From Malacoraja senta (taxonomy: Eukaryota), in assembly GCA_038087875.1 (NCBI GenBank), contig JAXLNO010003865.1, positions 62,001 through 126,000 of the forward strand: a DNA stretch of 64,000 nucleotides, given 5' to 3'. Of the stretch, positions 1 to 13,180 are shown one piece after another (position 1 is the stretch's first letter; each line of letters opens with the position of its first letter). The notes below the pieces were generated by a model. The model was not told where the DNA came from, searched no databases, and worked only from the letters and a program-made list of their open reading frames with translations. The position numbers and the translations under genes are program-made.

Positions 1-3000
1 TCTTTTCACGTGCTGAATTTTCGTCGCTTTTCCAGTGTCTCATTTTCATCGCTTTTCGCGTCCTGATGAATGCTGAATTTTCGTCGATTTTCCCATGCTG
101 AATTTTCGTGACTTTTCGCGTGCTGAATTTTCGTCGCTTTTCGCGTGCTGAATTTTTGTCACTTTTCGCATGCTGAATTTTCGTCACGTTTCCCTTGCTG
201 AATTTTCGGCGCTTCTCCAGTGCCTCATTTTCATTGCTTTTCGCGTCCTGATGGTTCGTCTCTTTTCACGTGCTGAATTTTCATCGCTTTTCCAGTGCCT
301 CATTTTCATTGCTTTTCGCATCCTGATGGTTCGTCTCTTTTCGCATGCTGAATTTTCGTCGATTTTCGCATGCTGAATTTTTGTGACTTTTCACGTGCTG
401 AATTTTCATCGCTTTTCGTAAGCTGCATTTTCGTCGCTTTTCCTGTGCTTCATTTTCATCGCCTTTCGCGTGCTTCATTTTTATCTCTTTTCGCGTCCTG
501 AAGGTTCATCGCTTTTTGCATGGTGAAGATTGGTCGCTTTTCGCGTCCTGAATTTACTTCGCATTTCGTGTGCTGAATTTTCATCACTTGTCATGTTCTG
601 AAAATTTCGTCACTTTTCACATGCTGAATTTCCGTCGCTTTTCGCGTGCTGAATTATTGTCACTTTTCGCATGCTGAATTTTCGGCGCTTCTCCAGTGCC
701 TCATTTTCATTGCTTTTCGCGTCCTGATGGTTCGTCTCTTTTCACGTGCTGAATTTTCGTCGCTTTTCCAGTGCCTCATTTTCATTGCTTTTCGCATCCT
801 GATGGTTCGTCTCTTTTCGCATGCTGAATTTTCGTCGATTTTCGCATGCTGAATTTTCGTGACTTTTCGCGTGCTGAATTTTCGTCACTTTTCCCTTGCT
901 GAATTTTCGTTGCTTTTCTCTGTCTGAAATTTCATTACTTTTCGCGTGCTGAATTTACGTCGTTTTTCGCGTCCTGAAGGTTCATGACTTTTGTCATGCT
1001 GAATTTTTGTCGCTTTTCCCGTGCTTCATTTACATCACTTTTCACGACCTGAAGGTTCGTCGCTTTTCGCATGCTGAAGTTTCGTCGCTTTTCGCGTCCT
1101 GAATTTACGTCGCTTTTCATGTGCTGAATTTCGTCACTTTTCGCATGCTGAATTTTCATCGATTTCCCCGTGCTTCATTTTCATCACTTTTCGCGTTTCA
1201 TAATCAACACTTTTCGCATACTGAAGGTTTGTCGCTTTTTGCATGCTGACATTTCGTCGCTTTTCCCATGCTGAATTTTCGTCGATTTTCACATGATTAA
1301 TTTTTATCTCTTTTCGCGTCCTGAAGGTTCGTCGCTTTTTGCATGGTGAAGTTTCGTCACTTTTCACGTCCTGAATTTACTTCGCATTTCGTGTGATGAA
1401 TTTTCGTCACTTGTCATGTTCTGAAATTTTGTCACTTTCCACATGCTGAATTTTCGTCGCTTTTCACGTTCTGAAATTTCTTTACTTTTCGCGTGCTGAA
1501 TTTACATCGCTTTTCTCATCCTGAAGGTTCATCACTTTTGTTGTGCTGAATTTTCGTCGCTCTCCGCGTGCAGAAATTTCTTCGCTTTTCTCATGGTAAA
1601 TATTCGTCGCTTTTAGTATGCAGAAATTTCATCGCTTTTCACGTCCTGAAATTTCATCACTTTTGGCGTGCTGAATTTTTGTCGCTTTTCATGTGCTGAA
1701 TTTCCATCACTTTGACGTGCTGAATTATCGTTGCTTTTCGTGTCCTGAAGGTTCTTCACTTTTCACGTGCTGAATTTTCATCGCTTTTCACAGGCTTAAT
1801 TTTCACCGCTTTTTGCGTGCTGAAATTTCGCTGCATTTCATGTTCTGAAATTTCGTCGCCTTTCACTTCCTGAGATTCTGTCGCTTTTCACGTCCTGAAA
1901 TTTCATCGCTTTATTCGTCCTGATATTGTCACTTTTCGCGTGCTGAATTTGTGTCGCTTTTTGCATGCTGAATTTCGTCACTGTTTGAGTGCTTCATTTT
2001 AATCGCTTTTCGCTTCTTGATGGTTTGTAGCTTTTCGCATGCTGAATTTTCGTCACTTTTCGCATGCTGAAATTTCGTCATCTTTCATGTCCTGAAATCT
2101 CGTCGCCTTTCAGGTCCTGAAATTTCCTCGCCATTCACGTTCTGAAATTTCGTCGCTTTATTCGTCCTGATGTTACGTTGCTTTTGGTGTGCTGCATTTT
2201 TGTTGCTTTTTGCATTCTGAATTTTCATCGCTTTTCGTGTGGAAAATTTTCGTCACTTTTCACATTCCGAAATGTAGTCACTTTTCGTGTGCAGAATTTC
2301 CATCGCTTTTCGCGTCCTGAAGTTTTGTTGCTTTTCGCGTGCTGAATTTTCGTCACTTTACGCCTTCTGAATTTTGGTTGGTTTTAATGTCCTGAAGGTT
2401 CCTCTCTTTTCCCATGCTGAATTTTCATTGCTTTTCATATGCTGAATTTTTGTCGCTTTTCGTGTGTTGAAATTAAGCCGCTTTTCACATTCTGAAATTT
2501 TGTCATTTTATGCGTCGCTTTTCTTGTTCTGAAATTTCATTGCTTTATGCATCCTGATGTTTCGGCGCTTTTCGCATCCTGAATTTTCGTCGCTTTTTGT
2601 GTGCTGAAATATTGGCACTTTTCGCTTGCTGAAATTTCGTCGATTTGCGCATGATGAATATTCGTCACTTTTCGCGTGCTAAATTCTCGTTGATTTTCGC
2701 GTGCTGAATTTTTGTCGCTTTTCGCATGCTGATTTTTCGTCGCTTTTCGCGTGCTGAAATGTTGTTTCTTTTCGCGTGCTGAATTTACATCGCTTTTCGC
2801 GTCCTGAAGGTTCATCACTATTGTTGCGCTGAATTTTCATCGCTTTTCACAGGCTGAATTTCGTCACTTTTCGCGGCTGAATTTTCGTCGCTTTTCAAGT
2901 GCTGAAATTTTGTCGCATTTCACGTGCTGAAATTTTGGACGCTTTATGTCCCGATGTTTTGTTGCTTTTCGCGTCCTGAATTTACAGCACTTTTCGCATT

Positions 3001-6000
3001 CTGAAATTTCGTCGATTTTTGCATGATGAATATTCGTCACTTTTCGCGTGCTGAATTTTCATCGCTTTTCGCATGCTGAATTTTCGTCGCTATTCGCGTC
3101 CTGAATGTTCGTCGCTTTTCGCCTGCTGAATTTCATCACTTTTCGCGGCTGAATTTTCGTCGCTTTTCATGTGCTGAAATTTTGTCGCATTTCACGTGCT
3201 GAAATTTTCGTCGCTTTATGTGAATGTTTTGTTGCTTTTCGCGTCCTAAATTTACGTCGCTTTTTGTGTGCTGAATTTTCATCGCTTTTTGCGTGCTGTA
3301 TTTTTGTAGCTTTTCACATGCTGAATTTTCGTCGCTTTTCACATGCTGAAGTTTCGTCCTTTTTCGCGTCCTGAATTTATCTCGCTTTTCCCGTGCAGAA
3401 TTTTCGTCGATTTTCGTATGCTTCATTTTCATCGCTTTTCGCGTGCTGAAGTTTCGTTGCTCTTCGCATGCTGAATTTTCGTCTCTTTTTCCGAGCTTTC
3501 ATCGCTTTTCGCGTCCTGGTTCGTCACTTTTCACGTGCTGAATTTTCGTCGCTTCTCCAGTGCCTAATTTTCATTGCTTTTCGCGTCCTGATGGTTCGTC
3601 TCTTTTCACGTGCTGAATTTTCGTCGCTTTTCCAGTGCCTCATTTTCATTGCTTATCGCATCCTGATGGTTCGTCTCTTTTCGAATGCTGAATTTTCGTC
3701 GATTTTCTCAGGCTGAATGTTCGTGACTTTTCGCGTGCTGAATTTTCATCGCTTTTCGTAAGCTGAATTTTCGTCGCTTTTCCCGTGCTTCATTTTCATC
3801 GCCTTTCGCGTGCTTCATTTTTTTTATCTCTTTTCCCGTCCTGAATTTACTTCGCTTTTCGTGTGCTGAATTTTCGTCACTTGTCATGTTCTGAAAATTA
3901 CGTCACTTTTCACATGCTGAATTTTCGCCGCTTTTCGCGTGATGAATTGTTGTCACTTTTCGCATGCTGAATTTTCGTCACTTTTCCCTTGCTGATTTTT
4001 CGTTGCTTTTCTCTTTCTGAAATTTCGTTACTTTTCGCGTGATGAATTTACGTCGTTTTTCGCGTCCTGAAGGTTCATGACTTTTATCGTGCTGAAGTTT
4101 TGTCGCTTTTCGCGTGCTTCATTTACATCACTTTTCGCGTCCTGAAGCTTCGTCGCTTTTCGCATGCTGAAGTTTCATCGCTTTTCGCATCCTGAATTTA
4201 CGTTGCTTTTCATGTGCTGAATTTCGTCACTTTTCGCATGCTGAATTTTAATCAATTTCCCCGTGCTTCATTTTCATCACTTTTCGCGTTTCATTATCAT
4301 CAATTTTCGCATACTGAAGTTTTGTCGCTTTTTGCATGCTGACATTTCGTCGCTTTTCCCATGCTGAATTTTCGTCGATTTTCACATGATGAATTTTTAT
4401 CTCTTTTCGCGTCCTGAAGGTTCGTCGCTTTTTGCATGGTGCAGTTTGGTCACTTTTCGCACCCTGAATTTACTTCGCTTTTCGTGTGATGAATTTTCGT
4501 CACTTGTCATGTTCTGAATTTTCGTCACTTTTCACTTGCTGAATTTTCGTCGCTTTTCACGTTCTGAAATTTCGTTACTTTTCGCGTGCTGAATTTACAT
4601 CGCTTTTCGCATCCTGAAGGTTCATCACTTTTGTTGTGCTGAATTTTCGTCGCTATCCGCGTGCTGAAATTTCTTCGCTTTTCTCATGGTGAATATTCGT
4701 CGATTTTAGTATGCAGAAATTTCATCGCCTTTCACGTCCTGAAATTTTGTCACTTTTGGCGTGCTGAATTTTTGTCACTTTTCATGTGCTGAATTTTCAT
4801 CACTGACGTGCTGAATTATCGTCGCTTTTCGTGTCCTGAAGTTTCTTCACTTTTCACGTGCTGAATTTTCATCGTTTTTCACAGGCTTAATTTTCATTGC
4901 TTTTTGCGTGCTGAAATTTCGCTGCATTTCATGTTCTGAAATTTCGTCGCCTTTCACTTCCTGAAATTTTGTCGCTTTTCACGTCCTGAAATTTCATCGC
5001 TTTATTCGTCCTGATATTGTCACTTTTCGCGTGCTGAATTTGTGTCGCTTTTTGCATGCTGAATTTCGTCACTGTTTGCGTGCTTCATTTTAATCGCTTT
5101 TCGCTTCTTGAAGGTTTGTCGCTTTTCGCATGCTGAATTTTCGTCACTTTTCACGTGCTGAAATTTCGTCACCTTTCATGTCCTGAAATCTCGTCGCCTT
5201 TCAGGTCCTGAAATTTCCTCCCCTTTCACGTTCTGAAATTTCATCACTTTATTTGTCCTGATGTTACGTTGCTTTTGGCTGTGCTGCATTTTTGTTGCTT
5301 TTTTCATTCTGAGTTTTCATCGCTTTTCGTGTGCAAAATTTTCGTCACTTTTCACATTCCGATATTTAGTAACTTTTCGTGTGCGGAATTTCCATCGCTT
5401 TTCGCGTCCTGAAGTTTTGTTGCTTTTCGCGTGCTGAATTTTCGTCACTTTACGCCTTCTGAATTTTGGTTGGTTTTAATGTCCTGAAGGTTCCTCTCTT
5501 TTCCCATGCTGAATTTTCGTTGCTTTCCATATGCTGAATTTTTGTCGCTTTTCGTGTGCTGAAATTTCGCCACCTATCACGTTCTGAAATTTCGTCGTTT
5601 TATGCGTCGTTTTTCTTGTTCTGAAATTTCGTTGCTTTATGCATCCTGATGTTTCGGTGCTTTTCGCATCCTGAATTTTCGTCGCTTTTTGTGTGCTGAA
5701 ATATCGGCACTTTTCGCATGCTGAAATTTCGTCGATTTGCGCATGATGAATATTCGTCACTTTTCGCGTGCTGAATTTTCGTTGATTTTCGCGTGCAGAA
5801 TTCTTGTCTCTTTTCGCATGCTGATTTTTCGTCGCTTTTCGCGTGCTGAAATGTTGTTACTTTTCGCGTGCTGAATTTTCATCGCTTTTCGCAGGCTGAA
5901 TTTTCATCGCTATTCGTGTGCAAAATTTTCGTCACTTTTCACATTCCGAAATTTAGTCACTTTTTGTGTGCGGAATTTCCATCGCTTTTCGCGTTCTGGT

Positions 6001-9000
6001 TTGTTGCTTTTCGCATGCTGAATTTTCGTCACTTTACGCCTTCTGAATTTTGGTTGGTTTTAACGTCCTGAAGGTTCCTCTCTTTTCCCATGCTGAATTT
6101 TCGTTGCTTTTCATTTGCTGAATTTTCGTCGCTTTTCGTGTGCTGAAATTTCGGTGGTATTCGTGTGCTGAAATTTCGTCGCTTTTCTTGTTCTGAAATT
6201 TCGTCGCTTTATGCGTCCTGATGTTTCGTCGCTTTTCGCATCCTGAATTTTCGTTGCTTTTTGTGTTCTGAAATTTCGGCACTTTTCGCATGCTGAAATT
6301 TCGTCCATTTTTGCATGATGAATATTCGTCACTTTTCGCGTGCTGAATTTTCATCGATTTTCGCATGCTGAATTTTCGTCGCTATTCGCGTCCTGAATGT
6401 TCGTCGCTTTTCGCCTGCTGAATTTCATCACTTTTCGCAGCTGAATTTTCATCGCTTTTCAAGTGCTGAAATTTTGTCGCATTTCACGTGCTGAAATTTT
6501 CGTCGCTTTATGTGTCCCGATGTTTTGTTGCTTTTCGCGTCCTGAATTTACGTCGTTTTTGTGTGCTGAATTTTCATCGCTTTTTGCGTGCTGTATTTTT
6601 GTAGCTTTTCACATGCTGAATTTTCGTCGCTTTTCGCATGCTGAAGTTTCGTCCCTTTTCGCGTCCTGAATTTATGTCGCTTTTCCCGTGCAGAATTTTC
6701 ATCGATTTTCGTATGCTTCATTTTCATCGCTTTTCGCGTGCTGAAGTTTTGTTGCTCTTCGCATGCTGAATTTTCGTCACTTTTTCCGAGCTTTCATCGC
6801 TTTTCGCGTCCTGCTTCGTCACTTTTCGTGTGCTGAATTTCCGTCGCTTCTCCAGTGCCTCATTTTCATTGCTTTTCGCATCCTGATGGTTCGTCTCTTT
6901 TCACGTGCTGAATTTTCATCACTTTTCCAGTGCTTCATTTTAATTGCTTGTTGCATCCCGATGGTTCGTCTCTTTTCGAATGCTGAATTTTCGTCGATTT
7001 TCGCATGCTGAATTTTCGTGACTTTTCGCGTGCTGAATTTTCATCGCTTTTCGTAAGCTGAATTTTCGTCGCTTTTCCCGTGCTTCATTTTCATCGCCTT
7101 TCGCGTGCTTCATTTTTTATCTCTTTTCGCGTCCTGAAGGTTCGTCGCTTTTTGCATGGTGAAGATTGGTCGCTTTTCGCGTCCTGAATTTACTTCACTT
7201 TTCATGTGCTGAATTTTCATCACTTGTCATGTTCTGAAAACTTCGCCACTTTTCAAATGCTGAATTTTCGTCGCTTTTCGCGTGTTGAATTTTTGTCACT
7301 TTTCGCATGCTGAATTTTCGTCACTTTTCCCTTGCTGTATTTTCGTTGCTTTTCTCTTTCTGAAATTTCGTTACTTTTCGCATGCTGAATTTACGTCATT
7401 TTTCGCGTCCTGAAGGTTCATGACGTTTATCGTGCTGAATTTATGTCGCTTTTTCCGTGCTTCATTTACATCACTTTTCGCGTCCTGAAGGCTCGTCGCT
7501 TTTCGCATGCTGAAGTTTCGTCGCTTTTCGCGTCCTGAATTTACGTCGCTTTTCATGTGCTGAATTTCGTCACTTTTCGCATGCTGAATTTTAATCGATT
7601 TCCCCGTGCTTCATTTTCATCACTTTTCGCGTTTCATTATCATCACTTTTCGCATACTGAAGGTTTGTCGCTTTTTGCATGCTGACATTTCGTCACATTT
7701 CCAGTGCTACATTTTCATTGCTTTTCGCGTCCTGATGCTGAATTTTCCCATGCTGAATTTTCGTCGATTTTCGCATGATGAATTTTTATCTCTTTTCGCG
7801 TCCTGAAGGTTCGTCGCTTTTTGCATGGTGCAGTTTGGTCACTTTTCGCGTGCTGAATTTACATCGCTTTTCGCATCCTGAAGGTTCATCATTTTTGTTG
7901 TGCTGAATTTTCGTCGCTATCCGCATGCTGAAATTTCTTCACTTTTCTCATGGTGAATATTCGTCGCTTTTAGTATGCATAAATTTCATCGCCTTTCACG
8001 TCCTGAAATTTTGTCACTTTTGGTGTGCTGAATTTTTGTCGCTTTTCATGTGCTGAATTTTCATCACTTTGACGTCCTGAATTATCGTCGCTTTTCGTGT
8101 CCTGAAGGTTCTTCAATTTCACGTGCTGAATTTTCATCGTTTTTCACAGGCTTAATTTTCATCGCTTTTTGCGTGCTGAAATTTCGCTGCATTTCATGTT
8201 CTCAAATTTCGTCGCCTTTCACTTCCTGAGATTTTGTCGCTTTTCACGTCCTGAAATTTCATCGCTTTATTCGTCCTGATATTGTCACTTTTCGCGTGCT
8301 GAATTTGTGTCGCCTTTTGCATGCTGAATTTCGTCACTGTTTGCGTGCTTCATTTCAATCGCTTTTCGCTTCTTGAAGGTTTGTCGCTTTTCGCATGCTG
8401 AATTTTCGTCACTTTTCGCGTGCTGAAATTTCGTCACCTTTCATGTCCTGAAATCTCGTCGCCTTTCAGGTCCTGAAATTTCTTCGCCTTTCACGTTCTG
8501 AAATTTCATCGCTTTATTCGTCCTGATGTTACGTCGCTTTTGGCGTGCTGCATTTTTGTTGCTTTTTGCATACTGAATTTTCATCGCTTTTCGTGTGCAA
8601 AATTTTCGTCACTTTTCACATTCCGAAATTTAGTCACTTTTCGTGTGCGGAATTTCCATCGCTTTTCGCGTCCTGAAGTTTTGTTGCTTTTCGCGTCCTG
8701 AATTTTTGTCGCTTTTCGCATGCTGAAGTTTCATCGCTTTTCCCCTGCTTCATTTACATCACTTTTTGCGTCCTGAAGGTTCGTCGCTTTTCGCATGCTG
8801 AAGTTTCGTCGCTTTTCGCGTCCTGAATTTACGTCGCTTTTCATGTGCTGAATTTCGTCACTTTTCGCATGCTGAATTTTAATCGATTTCCCCGTGCTTC
8901 ATTTTCATCACTTTTCGCGTTTCATTATCATCACTTTTCGCATACTGAAGGTTTGTCGCTTTTTGCTTGCTGACATTTCGTCACATTTCCAGTGCTACAT

Positions 9001-9418
9001 TTTCATTGCTTTTTGCGTCCTGGTTCGTCACTTTTCATGTGCTGAATTTTCGTCGCTTTTCCAGTGCCTCAGTTTGATCGCTTTTCACATCCTGATGGTT
9101 CGTCTCTTTTCGCATGCTGAATTATCATCGATTTTCGCATGCTGAATTTTCGTCACTTTTAGCTTGCTGAATTTTCGTCGCTTTTCGCATGCTGAATTTT
9201 CGTCGCTTTTCCCGTGCTTCATTTTCATCGCTTTTCTCGTCCTGGTTCGTCACTTTTCGCGTGCTGAATTTTCGTCGCTTTTCCTGTGCTTCATTTTCAT
9301 CGCTTTTCGCATGCTGAATTTTCGTCGATTTTTGCATGATGAATTTTCGTCACTTTTTGCGTGCTGAATTTTCGTCGCGTTTCGCATGCTGAATTTTTGT
9401 CGCTTTTCCCATGCTTAA

Positions 9419-9970
9419 AGGCCTGTCTCACGAGTCTGCGGTCATTGGCGGCGAAACAGGAAGAATCTACCGCTCCTGGGCAGCCATAGACTGCGCACTC
9501 GGTCAAACGCACAATTCCGGGGCCGTGCGGCGTTGTTCCCAACTCCGCACGATGCTAAAATAAAACCAACACTGTTCAAAAATATGTCCCTACCGCACAG
9601 CCTCCGCCAGTGAGGCACGAGTGCGGCACGGCCGCCGCCACAGCCGCCGCCAGTGTGGCACGAGCGCCTTGCGTCGAACTTGCACCGCCACAGCCTCCGC
9701 CAGTGAGGCACGACCGCCGGCACGGCCGCCGCCACAGCCACCGCTACAGCGCCGCGATCAGCACAGCCGCCGCCACAGCCGGCGCTAGTGAGTCACGTGT
9801 GCGGCACGGCGCCGCCACAGCCACCGCTACAGCGCCACGATCAGGACGGCCGCCGCCACAGCCCCGCAGATCCAAAATGACGTCATCGCTCTCGCCGTTG
9901 CCATGCGGTTCCCTCCACAGGCGAAGCCGTGCTTCACCACCGATGACCGCAACACCGTGAGAGAGAGCCT
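9419..9970. mobile_element. Non-autonomous DNA transposon (MITE), TTAA-flanked, Kolobok- or PIF/Harbinger-like; copy 1
   Basis: TTAA at 9415-9418 and 9971-9974. Left end AGGCCTGTCTCACGAGTCTGCGGTCATTGGCGGCGAAAC versus reverse complement of right end AGGCTCTCTCTCACGGTGTTGCGGTCATCGGTGGTGAAGC (about 38-bp imperfect TIR). GC-rich interior with GCCGCCGCCACAGCC subrepeats. Removing the element and one TTAA restores a satellite monomer ATGCTTAATTTTCATCG. Confidence 0.85.
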
Positions 9971-12900
9971 TTAATTTTCATCGCTTTTCACGTCCTGGTT
10001 CGTCACTTTTTGCGTGCTGAATTTTCATCGCTTTTCGCGTGATGAATTTCTGTCGCTTTTCGCAGGCTGAGTTTTCGTCGATGTTCTTTTACTGAAACCT
10101 CGTCACCTTTCATGTGCTGAATTTTTATTGCTTTGCGCATGCTGAATTTTCATCACTTTTCCCGTGCTTCATTTTCATCATTTTTCGCGTCCTGAAATTT
10201 CGTCACCTTTTGCGTGCTGAATTTTCGTTGCTTTTCGCATGCTGAATTTTCGTCGCTTTTCCCGTACTTTATTTTCATCGCTTTTCGCTTCCTGAAGGTT
10301 CGTCACTTTTCACGTGCTGAATTTTCATCTCTTTTCGCGTGCTGAATTTTTTTCGCTTTTCGCAGCCTGAGTTTTCGTCGCTTTTCACATGCTGTATTTT
10401 TGTCACTTGTCGCATGCTGAATTTTTGTCGCTTTTACACACTGAATTTTCGTTGCTTTTCACGTTCACAAATTTTATCACTTTTCGCGTGCTGAATTTTC
10501 GTCGCTTTTCCCGTCCTGAAGGTTCATCATTTTTCACGTGCTGAATTTTCATCGCTTTTCGCAGGCTGAATTTTCGTCGCTTTTCATGTGCTGAAATGTT
10601 GTCGCTTTACATGTGCTGAAATTGTCGTCGCTTTGTGTTGCGATGTTTTATTGCTTTTCGCGTCCTGAATTTACGTCGCTTTTTGTGTGCTGAATTTTCG
10701 CCGCCTTTTGCATGCTTCATTTTCATCACCTTTCGCGTGCTTAATTTTGTATCACTTTTGGCGTCCCGAAGGTTCGTCGCTTTTCGCGTACTGAATTTAC
10801 TTCGCTTTTTGTTTGCTGAATTTTCGTCGCTTTCCATTTTCTGAAATGTAGTCACTTTTCACGTGCTGTATTTTCGTCGTATTTTGCGTGCTGAATTTTT
10901 GTCCCTTTTCGCATGCTGAATTTTCATCGCATTTCCCGTGCTGAATTTTTGTCGCTCTTCTCTTTCTGAAATTGTGTTACTTTTCGTGTGCTGAATTTAC
11001 GTCGCTTTTCGCGTCCTGGTTCATCACATTTGTCGTGTTGAATTTTCATCGCTTTTCGCAGGCTGAGTTTTCGTCACTTTTCACGTGCTGTATTTTTGTC
11101 ACTTTTCCCATGCTGAAGTTTTATTGCTTTTCGCGTGCTGAATTTTCGTCGCCTTTCGCGTGCTTAATTTTTTTTTTATCATTTTTCGCGTCCTGAATGC
11201 TCGTCGCTTTTCGCATGCAGAATTTTCGTCACTTTTCATGGCTGAAATTTCGTCGCTTGCCTCGATCTGAAATTTCGTCACTTTTCGCGTACTGAATTTT
11301 CGTTGTTTTTCACGTCCTGAAGGTTCCTCACTTTTCCGTCGCTTTTCATGTGGTGAAATTTTATCGCTTTTCACGTGCTGAAATTTTCGTCGCTTTATGT
11401 ATCACGATGTTTTGTTGCTTTTCGCGTCCTAAATTTACCTCGCCTTTGGTGTGATGAATTTTAATCACTTTTTGCATGCTGCAGTTTTGTAGCTTTTCAC
11501 ATGCTGAATTTTCATCGCTTTTCTAGTGCGAAATTTTCGTCGCTTTTCACGTTATGAAATTTTGTCACTTTTCGCGTGCTGAATTTTCGTCGCTTTTCGC
11601 ATCCTGAAGATTTGTTGCATTTCGCCTGCTGAATTTTCCTCACACTTCGCGTGCTGAATTTTCGTCGATTTTCGTGTCCTGAAAGCTCGTCACTTTTCAT
11701 GTGCTGAATTTTTATCGCTTTTTGCAGACTGAATTTTCGTCGCTTTGTGTCCCGATGTTTTGTTGCTTTTCGTGTCCTGAATTTACGTCACTTTTTGTGT
11801 GCTGAATTATCGTCGCTTTTTGCGTGTTTCATTTTCATCACTTTTTGCATACTGAAGGTTCGTTGCTTCTCGCATTCAGAATTTTCGTCGCTTTTCCACT
11901 GCTTCATTGCTTTTCGCGTGCTGAATTTTCGTTGCTTTTCGCGTGCTGAATTTACGTCGCTTTTCGCGTGCTGAATTTTTGTCGCTTTCATGTTCAGAAA
12001 TTTCATCACATTTCGCGTGCTTAATTTTCATTGCTTTTCGTGTGCTGAATTTACGTCGCTTTTTGCGTGCTGAATTTCCGTCACTTTTTGCGGGGTGAAT
12101 TTTCGTCGCTTTTCGCATCCTGAATGTTTATCGTTTTTCATGTGCTGAATTTTCATCGCTTTTCGCAGGCTGAATTTTCGTTGCTTTTCATGTGCTGAAA
12201 TTTTGTCGCGTTTCACTTGCTGAAATTTTCGTCGCTTTATGTGTCCCGATGCTTTGTTGCTTTTCGCATCCTGAATTTACGTCGCTTTTCATGTACTGAA
12301 TTTTCATCGCTTTTTGCGTGCTGTATTTTTGAAGATTTTCGCATGCTGAATTTTCTTCACTTTTCGAGTGCTGAATTTTCGTCGCCTTTCTCATGCTTCA
12401 TTTTCAACGCCTTTCGCGTCCTTCATTTTCATCGCCTTTCACGTGCATTTTCATCACTTTTGAAGGTTCGTCACTTTTCACATGCTGACGTTTTGTCGCT
12501 TTTCGCGTCCCAAATTCACGTCGCTTTTCATGTGCTGAATTTTATCACCTTTCGCATGCTGAATTTTAAATGATTTCCCCGTGCTTCATTTTCATCGCTT
12601 TCCGCGTCCTGAAGGTTCGTCACTTTTCGTGTGCTGAATTTTCGTCTCTTTTCGCATGCTGGATTTTCGTTGCTTTTCGCAGGCTGAGTTTTCGTCGCTT
12701 TTCACGTGTTATATTTTTGTCACATTTCGCATGCTGAATTTTGGTGGCATTTTGCATTCTTCATTTTCATCGCCTTTCGCATGCTTCATTTTATATCTCT
12801 TTTCGCGTCCTGAAGGTTCGTCGCCTTTTGCATGCTGAAGTTTGGTCGCTTTACGTGTCGTGAATTTACTTCGCTATTCGTGTGCTGAATTATCGTCGCT

Positions 12901-13180
12901 TGTCATGTTCTGAAATCTCGTCACTTTTCACATGCTGAATTTTCGTCACTTTTCGCGTGCTGAATTTTTGTCACTTCGCATGCTGAATTTTTGTCGCTTT
13001 TCTCTTTCTGAAATTTCGTAACTTTTCCCATGATGAATTTACGTCGTTTTTCGCGTCCTGAAGGTTCATGACTTTTGTCGTTCTGAAATTTTGTCACTTT
13101 TCCCGTGCTTCATTTTCATCACTTTTCGCGTCCTGAAGGTTTGTCGCTTTTCGCATGCTGAACTTTCGTCGCTTTTCGCA

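Noticed and set aside
121-145. Possible CENP-B box in the monomer (TTCG...CG)
   Set aside because: The pattern NTTCGNNNNANNCGGGN is not met. TTTCGTCGCTTTTCGCG lacks the A and the CGGG.
9297-9960. Ala/Arg-rich ORFs across the MITE (also 47066-47639)
   Set aside because: GC-rich non-coding transposon interior. No transposase motifs, and frames differ between the two copies.
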